Assembly: GCA_964016885.1 (NCBI GenBank)
Contig: OZ024742.1
Span: forward strand, 117,428,001 to 117,492,000
Origin: Eledone cirrhosa
Taxonomy: Eukaryota
Reading direction: 5' to 3'
DNA length: 64,000 nucleotides
In this document: positions 53,185-64,000 of the stretch, piece by piece
How positions within the stretch are numbered: position 1 is the stretch's first letter
Layout: the number at the start of each line of letters is the position of its first letter
The notes under the pieces: generated by a model
What the model saw: only the letters and a program-made list of their open reading frames with translations
Told to the model about the DNA's origin: nothing
Database searches by the model: none
Translations under genes and position numbers: made by a program

Positions 53185-54039
53185 TCTTCGTCATCATCAT
53201 CATTATTTAACGTCCATTTTCCATGCTACCATGAGTTGCCCCATTTGGGATAAGTCAGGTGAAGTAACTGTGTCTTGCTCATATGCAACTGCTTCTGGAT
53301 TGGTTTCTATGACTGGATGCCCTTTCTAATACAAACCACATTTACAGTGTGGACTGGGTGCTTTTTTGTCATGATATACATACTCATACTCTTTTACATA
53401 GTGTACCTACAATAATAAGAATGATGCCAAATCTAAGTATCATACTTAAATATTAAAGTAAATAAACTGCAACATCAAACATGTTAATGTGAGCTTTTAC
53501 TATTCTCCCACCATGAAGGAAATTTTGCCTGAAAAATTATAAGCAATTCACTATGCAGTGCCATCCTGGAATATCTGAGACTATGGAGTATCTGAGTGTT
53601 GATTTTTAAAAACTTTGTTTTATTCAAAAATAGGTGCAGGTTCAAATCTATTTATTAATTAAGTTGGAGCTCACCATTTTGTAGAGAATAAATCTTGGAA
53701 TAAATTAAATAAATCACAAGACGAAATATGTTGTGCGCAAGTTTGTATCATTTACATGCCAAGAATATTGTTTTCCCTTTTTATACATTGGTATATACAT
53801 CTTGAAACACATGCATACATGCATATTTTCACTGGTAAAAAAAACTATTCAGAGGTCACTGATTTTGCTAGATTTAAAGAAACACTGAATAATGTAATCC
53901 TAGATATGCTTAAAAAGACAGTGGCCATGGTAGGAATGACTCTGAATATAGACACTCTAGCAATGCAGATGCAATAGCATGTTATTTGACTGTTATTTCC
54001 AGATTTATCGCATCTACTAGAAACAACTGTCAAAGATAC

Positions 54040-55000
54040 ATACATACAATATATTTTTACGAGGCAAAGATCAACATCTGCTTTAAAAATAGTAAAGTTA
54101 TTTTTCAGCCATTCTCATGCCTCATTGGAAGTGTGAGGGCTTGCTCTGTCTTGCTGGAACCGGAACCTATTCATCAGAGATGGGTGTATGGTCTATAGCT
54201 CCTTTTTAAAGTCTTCTAGTACCTCCACACAGCATTCCTTTGCAACTGTTGCAGTAATACTATTTTCTTTGAAGAAAAATGGGTCAATCAATCCTCTCTC
54301 AAATATGGCAGCCCCGGTGTTACATTTAACAGTGGAGAGGATTCACAGACACTTCAGTGGATTTCTCTGACCCCCAGAACACATTGTTCTTAAAGTTGAT
54401 CTTCCCCTTTAAAAAAAAAATCGGCTTCATCTAAGGTTCACAGCAGACTCAGAAAGTTTGGATTGATTTCCATCTTCTCCAGCATTTTCTCAGCCATAAC
54501 CTTTCTCATGGTTTTATCAGCTACTGTAAGCATTTGTTTAGTCTGTATTCTATCAGGGTACTTCTTAAGATCCTCTTTGTCAATCCTTCTGCAAGTTTCT
54601 GTAGGGAGACTCAAGGATTGGCTGCTCCTGCATAGCGATTGGTTTGGGCTCTGTTCAAAAAACTCTTGGACCATATCAATAATTTCTTGTGTATGCTCCC
54701 TGAGTCATCCAGATATTGTATTGAGGTTCTCAAATTTCTTCACCCAGTTTTGCATTTTGAATTTGAAGGGAGATTTGATGGTCCAAAAAAATGCATGAAA
54801 TTGCTCTTGGACCTGATTATATGAACTCGTAGTAATATTTCACACAGAAACTCTGCTGTGGGAGCCCCCATTGAGGTTTTTTTATTTTTTTTTCAGACTT
54901 TTTTTTTTTTTCAGCCAGGTCCTGAAATTTAAGGTTGATCAGTTTGAAAATGAATATAGTGACACAAAATGTGCACTAGGCTATTTTCGTTTTTTAGTCA
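54040..55000 (-). mobile_element. Decayed Tc1/mariner transposase remnant
   Basis: Minus strand SPNQSLCRSSQSLSL...EDLKKYP (HTH region), DEA, and FQQDRASPHTS (QQDGA..H-like). Confidence 0.75.
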
Positions 55001-55112
55001 CCTCGTGTGTCTATATCATTGATCATCATCATTTTACGTCTGCTTATATATTATATATATAAGCAGGACCTGGTTGAAAAAAAAAAAATACCTCAATATA
55101 TATATATATATT

Positions 55113-55176
<64 letters not shown>

Positions 55177-55848
55177 CATGGAGTGCTTAAGTCTGATTAC
55201 AGTATAGTTTATTGATTGCAGTGTTAAAATGCAACACTGACAATTAATATTCAAATTAAGATAACTATATATATATAGAGAGAGAGAGAATATATATAAC
55301 TTCTTACTATAATTTAAACATCTCCCTATTTATTAGTTATTATATTTACATATATTTTTTTACTTACTTCAATCAAGATTTTAACTTGTAATTTTTTTAA
55401 TTTTTGATTTTTGATTTTTGATTTTTAATTTTCAATTTTAATTTCTAATTCTCAATCATAATTTCCACTATGAAACCATAATACCTAGAAATAAGTATAT
55501 ATTCTCTTAGTGGGTGATGGTCAATTCTATTGTCCATGCTTAATTTAGGGGTAGTATTGAGACCTATTGAAACCCATACTCTCCCACCCCACTAGCTTTC
55601 GGCCAACTGCCACTGGCAGGGTGGCTAGCAGTAAACTATAACTGTGTCATATTACAGACCTGGATGGGGTGAGTTTCGTAGAACTTTGGGGTAGTTGATG
55701 GTCAACTTCCTTCAGACCTGCACCTGCGCAGACCGGTGGGGGTGGATTGGGACTCACAAGGGAACAGGCGAAGAATTCAAGAGCACACGCTTTGTCCGTT
55801 CCCATGTCGATTCAATTGCCTCGGAAACATAACCTTAGTATGTAAGAA

Positions 55849-55923
55849 GCTGTCTGATGATGTTACGGCACTGGGCACACCGAAGCGTGTGGCCACTGTC
55901 GTCATTGAAATATGTATCACAGC
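55849..55923 (+). ncRNA. Hammerhead-like motif with long stem II
   Basis: Stem I GCTGT/ACAGC; CTGATGA (55854-55860); interrupted long stem II (ACGGCA/TGTCGT, TGG/CCA, CACAC/GTGTG); GAAA TATGTA TC. The base of stem II is imperfect. Confidence 0.7.
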
Positions 55924-56050
55924 ATTATCATTAAAGGACTTTAACATCTGAAACTACTTCGCTTTTTCTTATTCGATATATACTCCGTCACTCCTATGTG
56001 GAAAAAGTATGTTGAGTGCTTGAATTGAATTGCATCAATGTTTACCTTAA

Positions 56051-56107
<57 letters not shown>

Positions 56108-56109
<2 letters not shown>

Positions 56110-56420
56110 CGGCATGACCACCAATAATTTTAAGACCCGGTGGTATACCCATACCCACTCTTTCAGAAGACCGGACAATCAAATCAGACAACACTCACCT
56201 CCTATGTTTGGGATCTCAAAAGGAACTCCACGCCTTCACGCTTAAATGGAAAATACTCCAGAAAGCGCGCTCATACAAGGGAGGACACAAGTGCTGCGAC
56301 CTTTGTATCTGAGAGAGCTATGAAATATTATTTGCCAAGGGCCCGCTACTGAACAAACTCCCTGAACACTGCCCAAATTGCATGCACAAAAACTTTGCAA
56401 CTTTCAAATACCTTAAGCCA
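56108..56420 (+). pseudogene. Penelope-like GIY-YIG endonuclease fragment (frameshifted)
   Basis: IGMTTNNFKTRWYTHTHSFR, TTLTSYVWDLK, LKWKILQKARSYKGGHKCCDLCI*E and LLNKLPEHCPNCMH. Confidence 0.8.
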
Positions 56421-56780
56421 GTGTTAATGCCAGATGGCTAAAAAAGATTTCGCTTTTTTCAAAAAACCCCATTCAACAAAATACCCCCTCTTGACCCGAA
56501 ACATGGCACTATGGTCATGTAAGTACTTCTTACCTGTCTGCTCTTTCCGCATGTAGAGCGTACTTCATATTTATACTGTATATATGTGTCTGTGTATATG
56601 ACTATATTTATGAGTGTATGTATGTACGTATTTGTATGAGTGGCCGTACGTATGTATGCGTATGTTTGTGTGTACGTGCGTTAATATATGTATATTCATA
56701 TATGTATATGTTTGTGTATGTTTGTGTATGTTTGTGTATATATATATATGTGTATATATATATGTGTGTATGTGTGTATG

Positions 56781-57166
56781 TATCATCATCATCATCATCA
56801 TCATTTTACGTCCGCTTTTCCCTGCTTCCAAGGGTGAGATGGGAACTGATTCTGGCTTGGTTTCTACAGCTGGATGCCTTTCCTAACAACAATCTCATTT
56901 ACAGTGAGTGTTGGGTGCTTTTTTCCATGGCGCCTACACGTGCAATTTACAGTGTGGGCTGGGTGCTTTTTGCCGTGGCACCTCCATGACCACTTTGCAG
57001 TGGAATGATATGGACCCAGTCCTATCATCTCATTTCTACCGCTGAGTAAACTGGAGCAATGTGAAATAAAGTGTCTTGCTCAAGGAAACAACACATCACC
57101 CGGTCTGAGAATTGAACTCACAACCTTTCGATTGCAAGGCCAATGCTCTAACCACAAAGCCATGTG
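56781..57166 (-). mobile_element. SINE family B
   Basis: Same body as 41856-42255. Confidence 0.85.
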
Positions 57167-57256
57167 CCCTCCCCCCCTTCCCCCAGTGTATATGTATCAT
57201 CATCATCATCATCATCGTTTAACGTCCATTTTCCATGCTAGCATATATATATACTC

Positions 57257-57328
<72 letters not shown>

Positions 57329-57771
57329 ATGTATATATATATATATATATTTGGATATGTGTGTGTATGTATGTATTTGTGTATTTATTCATATTTTCAT
57401 ATCTGTATGTGTGTATGTATGTGTGTATTTGTATGTATATATATATATATATATATATATGTACTATGCATTTGTGTGTGTAAATGTAAGTGTGCTTAGT
57501 GGTAGATTATGTATATGTGTGCATGAGTTTAGGTTTGTGTAGTGAAAGGTGTGGGCAAATATTTTAACGTCTTTTCATTACATTTAAATTAAATCGGCCT
57601 TCCTAACAACAACTCATCTCTGATCAATACTTTAAGACCTTCACAAGACCTTGATAATGGGGTTTTAAACCCAAAAATATTTGGGATAATTAAATTTGCT
57701 AAGTAAGATTCTATCGTTATCTTGGCACCTTTAATTTTCTAATGCATTGTATGGCTTTTAAAATTGCTTAA

Positions 57772-57814
<43 letters not shown>

Positions 57815-57817
<3 letters not shown>

Positions 57818-58840
57818 ATAGGAAATTGAAAATGCAACTGGAGTCTTTTAAGAATATTTATTTACTTTACCTCTTTCACAGTTTTGTGATTTTCAAAAGT
57901 TAAATTGAGATAGAGGGTTTGTGTTTCTGTTGTGGTTTGTCTCGCAACTAGTTTATGTTCAGAAGTTCTTTCTGTTTTATACGAAAAAAGTGGCTCAGAT
58001 TGCTATTTTTTTAAAATGTAATTTGGATATATATAGTCATTATATATTCATCACTTTTTTAGTTGAAAGACAACAGTAAACTTTCCCGTGGATTCCTTGT
58101 TTTGCTATTGTTTCACATGCATCTTTCTAACTTAAGTTATCCAGTTTGTTGTGCAAATTGGCATCACAAGTGCAGTACCACCTTAAACTGCAAAATTGCC
58201 TGCCAGCAAAGTAGCTGGTGAGGTAAAGATGCGGCTTTCTGTTTGTCTTATGTAATGTGCGTATTTTCTGCTGAGACTATATCTATATAGATCTACATAT
58301 ATATATATATCATTTCTTTGATGGCTTAGTACTTTTTCTTGACTATTAATTTATTTTTTATGTTATGTTATAAAAGCTGGTCCTTTCGATGTGCGACATC
58401 ACGTTATCTTGGTGGAGGGTTTGAGGGTTTAAGGTCAAGGGTATACAAGAGAGGATGGAGCAAGGCCTATTATGTAATGGAGTTGTAATCACTGCTGTTA
58501 ATAATAGATATTATTTAATGTCTGAAACTGTGTAATTTGATAGCTGCAGCTTGAAAAATACATCTCTCCCAAACTCATATTTAGGGGTTGGGATATATAG
58601 ATGATGTCTGAGGTAAGGCTTATGTGGGATGTCTTAGTTCTAGTATAGACATTTAGCATTAGATTGGCTTTGTTTTTATGAATATTTTAAGAGTTTGGAA
58701 TCTGGTGGTCTTATCCAATAGATGTTTTATTTATTGTTGGCTTTCTTTCTGAGTGTATTGTTTATGTATAGGGCATTCAATTTGCATTGGTTCTAGATTT
58801 GTCTGCCTCCGGATTTGTGTTTGATGCTCCTACTTTGCAT
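57815..58840 (-). mobile_element. Strongly decayed Penelope-like 3' region
   Basis: Minus strand HYIRQTESRI (YIGQT-like) near 58235-58265; hammerhead relic ACTT TTGAAAA...GAAA..TA AAGT near 57860-57902; ends in (TA)n. Confidence 0.4.
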
Positions 58841-59023
58841 ACATATATATTTGTATATAGTGTATATATATGTGTAATGTATGTGTATGTATATTTAGTG
58901 TAGTTATTGATGGTGAGTAGACTGTTTGGAGCAATAACAGTCTTATTAACGCATAAATAAATAAATATATATATATATATCATCATCATCATCCTCATCT
59001 TCGTTTAACGTCCATTTTCCATG

Positions 59024-59079
<56 letters not shown>

Positions 59080-59687
59080 ATGTTGTAGTTTGCTTGAAGC
59101 ATTGTGTTAGTGTATAAAGCAGTATGTTATTTGAATGCTACACCAATGTGCGTATATATATATATACTAAGAAAGAGAGAGTGAGAGAGAGATAATCATG
59201 ATAAAACACATGAATTAAGTGAAAAACATTTTGTGGTAGCTTTGTCTGGTAATTTGCATATGTGTTTTGATATCTTCCACTCCTACCCTCTCTCTCTATC
59301 TCTATCTATCTATCTATCTATCTATTTATCTATCTATCTCACACATATACTACATTGGAAAGATGGTCAGTGACAGAACAGCAGTTATCTATACCTACCT
59401 ATTTCTGTCAATTAAATCAACAGCTATCTGCCTAATTGTCTAACAGTCTACCTAACTGTCAATCTACTTTCTATCAGTCTGTTTCACTGCCTGTCTATAA
59501 TCTACCTACCTATCCCTCTATATATTAGTCTGTAAACAATTTATTGTTAACTTTTTTTAATATATTTCCCAGTGTATCTTTCAGACAAGAATAACAATAA
59601 CAACAAACCATAAATCACAATAGCAACCCAAAGATAAATAGATAGATAAATAGAACAAAGTCATCTTAATTTAATGGATACATGTTT

Positions 59688-59888
59688 AATAATTGTTTCT
59701 ACTTTTGGCACAAGACCAGCAATTACCCAGTGTATTACTGGTACTTTATTTTATTGTCCCCCGTAAGGATGAAAGGCAAAGTCAACCTCGGCGGGATTTG
59801 AACTCAGAATGGCAAGGGCCGTAACTCAATGCGTCAATGCGTCAAAGCATGGCGTCCGACCCTCTACCGATACTGCCAATCCACCGCC
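59688..59888 (-). mobile_element. SINE family A, full length
   Basis: Family consensus match. Confidence 0.9.
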
Positions 59889-60249
59889 CACGGATACATG
59901 TTTAGTAATGATTAAGGAAAATATGGATGGAAATTATTGTAATTGAATGTAAAATGAATGTAAAATGAAACACAATGATGACCTGAGTGGCAAAAGTGAG
60001 AAGGTAAAAGAATTATCTTTTTATAAAAACTCAATCATTTTTGACAGGTACTATGAAAGTATACATGTGTGTGCATATATATATATATATCTATATATAT
60101 ATATACCCTTGCAAGCAGGGAAAAGCGGACGTAAAATGATGATATATACCTTCTTACCTTGTCTTTGTCCTCACAATGGACTACATTCCTTATTACATAT
60201 GCATATATATATATATATATACATACATATATATATATACATACATATG

Positions 60250-60515
60250 GAGGCACATGGCTTGCAATCGAAAGGTTGTGAGTTCAATTCTCAGACCGGG
60301 TGATGTGTTGTTTCCTTGAGCAAGACACTTTATTTCACATTGCTCCAGTTTACTCAGCTGTAGAAATGAGATGATAGCGACTGGGGTCCTTATCATTCCA
60401 CTGTAAATTGGACGTTAGGCACCACGGAAAAAAGCACCCAGCACTCACTGTAAACGAGGTTGATGTTAGGAGGGGCATCCAGCTGTAGAAATCAAGCCTG
60501 AATCAGTATATACTG

Positions 60516-60569
<54 letters not shown>

Positions 60570-60775
60570 CACCATTTTACGTCCATTTTTCCACGCTAGC
60601 ATGGGTTAGATGAGTTGTCCTATTTTGGGCAATGCCAGGTCAGGTGATCATGTCTTGCTCATACAGAACTGATTTGGGCTTGATTTCTACAGCTGGATGC
60701 TCTGCCTAACGTCAACCTCATTTACAGTGAGTACTGGGTGTTTTTTGTCGTGACACCTACACAACCACTTTACAG
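60250..60775. mobile_element. SINE B pieces (plus-strand 5' part 60250-60510; minus-strand 3' part 60570-60775)
   Basis: Match to the 41856-42255 body. Confidence 0.8.
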
Positions 60776-61384
60776 ATGACTAAACACTATATCTTTTAAA
60801 AAAACGTGTATATACTTACCATAATGCATGTTACTTCCATAATTCAGTTTTAAATATAGTATGTACCAATGAGGGGGGAGTGTAAGAATAAAACTGCAAC
60901 ACTTAGCAGAGAGTGAGCAAGAGTAAAAGACATGCCTATATTGAGAGAAAAAAAGGATGAGGGTGAATGGGCGGGAGCTGAAGCACAAAAGGGTACAAGT
61001 GTACAAATACATAAATATATACAGACAGAATGTTACATAAAAATAGACACTTTCATCATTGTATAGTTCTATTTATAAAAAGTTTTTATTTATGATCAAT
61101 GGATTTGGCTGTTATTTCTAACAGGTTCAGTGATTATGTAAACAATTCCCCCTTGAAATGTATGGCATATATGTATCCATGCATACACACACACGTACAT
61201 GCACATTCTTATTCTTATTGTATGTAAGTGGAGAAAACAAGAAAAAGTACATATATATGCTGAACCTCTTAGAATAAGCAGTCAACTCCTACTCTATTGT
61301 CTTAAAGAGACACTGAATAATTTAATCCTAGATGTACACATCAAAAACAGAAGTAATTTGACTGGACTAACTATAATTAAAGAC

Positions 61385-62055
61385 TCTTCATCCATGCAGA
61401 AACAACAGCAAAATAGGTGACCAACAAAGTCAGGGTGAGCAGGTCACCCTGTTTCACACCTGTCTCAACTGAGAATGGTTCTAGTAGCTCCTCATTGACA
61501 CAGACCCATGCTTTCATTTCATCATACAATGAATGTATAAACCCTGTAAACTTCTCAGAGCAACCAAGCTTCAAGAGTATACTCCAAAGGGTCTGCCAAT
61601 TGACTGCTTCAAAAGCCTTCATGAGATCAATAAAGCAATTATACAAATCAAGCTGTTGTTCTTTACACTTCTCCTGCATCTGCCCAACATGAAGATCATA
61701 TCTGTAGTGCTTCGATATGGATGGGAACCACACTGAGATTCCAGCAGAATGTTGGTGCAATGTGCATCAGTGGATGATTAAAAAGGATCATGGTAAAGAT
61801 TTTACCAACAACTGATAGTAAAGAGATCCTACAGTAGTTGTCACAAAGATCTTTGTGTCCCCTCTTGAAGAGGAAGATGAGAATGGCATCCTTCCAGTCC
61901 TGTGAGACTGGATCTTTCAACCACTCCTAGTGCTATATGTTATGCAGCAGATCATATACCTTAGGACCACCTTGTTTAACTATTTCGGTCACTATACCAA
62001 CCTACCCAGGTGCTTTACCAGTGTTCATTTGTCACACTGCAGTCTCAGCCTCTTC
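61385..62055 (-). mobile_element. RTE (BovB-like) RT fragment
   Basis: WKDAILIFLFK...CDNYCRISLLSVVGKIF, FIDLMKAFE and TGVKQGDLL. Confidence 0.85.
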
Positions 62056-62769
62056 CAATATACATACATACATAGATAGACATTCATACATACATATATA
62101 TATACATATATACCTACATGCATACATCCATACATATAACTGACAGACAGACATTGATACATACATACAGATTTTCATACACACATATATACACACATAT
62201 ATATATATATAGACAGGTGTTCATACAACCTTTAAGGCAAATATCACCATCTCCACCAAACATACTAAAACAAGGTTATCTAGACATGTTCCAAATATCG
62301 CACAATTGATTATTTTAAAACACAAGGGAATTGAAATAAACTACATGGGAAAGATGGATAAGAAATATTCACTTGGTTGAAAGAAAGATACTTTAGGAAC
62401 TCCAAATGAAATCTTTCATTCAATTTCTTTTGTTTTAAAGGTCAGGGGCTACTATCACCTATTCCTCACTCACCTCCTGATATTAAAGAACTGTTCACTT
62501 AAACTACTGGGTATATGGCTCAGACTTTACCTTTCATATCCTCACACATATGTGGTATTGAACAAATAATCATCTATTAGAAGTGTCTCTACACACAACA
62601 GATGCTGAGATCTTCCATCGATTAGCCTTATATTTAATTGCCTCCACAAATCATGAACCATGACCATTAGCAGTTTCCCATTGCTATTTCCACCTACACA
62701 CACACACACATGCACACACACACATATACATATGTATATGTATTTATATGTATAAAGGTAAAAGGCCTT

Positions 62770-63830
62770 TATAATTGGTCAAAGATAGAAGGAAGAAGAG
62801 AGACTAATAGACAGATAGACAAACAGACACATGAGAGGTTGCTTGTATGTAGCAAATATATTTGGTTAAATATAGTAGGAAGGAGAAAGACTAATAGCCA
62901 GATAGACAGAAACGTGAGAAGCTGAGCTGGCTATGTAATATAGTAGATATGGTTGGTCAAAGATAGGAAGAAAAGGACTAAAAGACAGACATACAGACAA
63001 CATGAGAAGCTGAGCTGGCTATGTAATATAGTAGATATGGTTGGTCAAAGGTAGGAAGAAAAGGACTAAAAGACAGACATACAGACAACATGAGAAGCTG
63101 AGCTGGATATGTAATATAGTAGATATGGTTGGTCAAAGGTAGGAAGAAAAGGACTAAAAGACAGACATACAGACAACATGAGAAGCTGAGCTGGCTATGT
63201 AATATAGTAGACATGGTTGGTCAAAGATAGGAAGAAAAGGACTAAAAGACAGACATACAGACAACGTGAGAAGCTGAGCTGGCTATGTAATATAGTAGAT
63301 ATGGTTGGTCAAAGATAGGAAGAAAAGGACTAAAAGACAGACATACAGACAACATGAGAAGCTGAGCTGGCTATGTAATATAGTAGATATGGTTGGTCAA
63401 AGATAGGAAGAAAAGGACTAAAAGACAGACATACAGACAACATGAGAAGCTGAGCTGGCTATGTAATATAGTAGACATGGTTGGTCAAAGATAGGAAGAA
63501 AAGGACTAAAAGACAGACATACAGACAACGTGAGAAGCTGAGTTGCTTGCATGTAATATAGTAGACATGGTTGGTCAAAGATAGGAAGAAAAGGACTAAA
63601 AGACAGACATACAGACAACATGAGAAGCTGAGCTGGCTATGTAATATAGTAGATATGGTTGGTCGAAGATAGGAAGAAAAGGACTAAAAGACAGACATAC
63701 AGACAACATGAGAAGCTGAGCTGGCTATGTAATATAGTAGATATGGTTGGTCAAAGATAGGAAGAAAAGGACTAAAAGACAGACATACAGACAACATGAG
63801 AAGCTGAGCTGACTATATAATCTAGTAGAA
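62770..63830. repeat. 88-bp tandem minisatellite, about 10 homogeneous units plus 2 diverged leading units
   Basis: GAGAAGCTGAGCTGG recurs at 62916, 63004, 63092 and onward. Confidence 0.95.
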
Positions 63831-64000
63831 GAAGTGAACTAAATTGTTGTGCACCTGAGCACTGTACACAATAATTTTCATTATTATTAAATCCATGATG
63901 GAGTCATAAAGGTGTCTTCCAGGCACACTGCATGTCCAGTATTTTAAACATAGTGCCTTATCTATCTCTGTATATAATATAGGAATATATAATACTATGA

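Noticed and set aside
56571-57542. Several ORFs rich in Y/I/C/V
   Set aside because: Translations of (TA)n and (TG)n microsatellites.
62916-63810. Regular repeats as a possible CRISPR array
   Set aside because: Units repeat in full with no unique spacers; eukaryotic context.

Overview
AT-rich eukaryotic intergenic or intronic DNA, almost entirely transposon-derived. The SINE/LINE content and (TA)n, (CA)n and (CAT)n microsatellites suggest an octopus-like cephalopod (inference). I found no host protein-coding gene; the ORF track is LINE debris or microsatellite noise. Ordinary content: decayed R4/Dong-like, Tx1/L1-like, CR1-like and many RTE LINEs, two tRNA-derived SINE families, five TTAA-flanked piggyBac-type MITEs, Tc1/mariner remnants, a solo LTR, a very young non-coding LTR element with a tRNA-Trp primer site, and an 88-bp satellite. 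The most interesting signal is a set of about 15 short fold-back (inverted-arm) or tandem units, mostly sitting in (TA)n tracts and largely unrelated in sequence. Many carry type-I hammerhead ribozymes (CTGANGA...GAAA-palindrome-UH), and one is physically joined to a Penelope-like GIY-YIG C-terminus. Most share a covarying bulged hairpin (RCTC-stem-loop-stem-NN-GAGY) placed a few nt after the point where the inverted arm stops. All structures were read by eye; no folding or database search was run.
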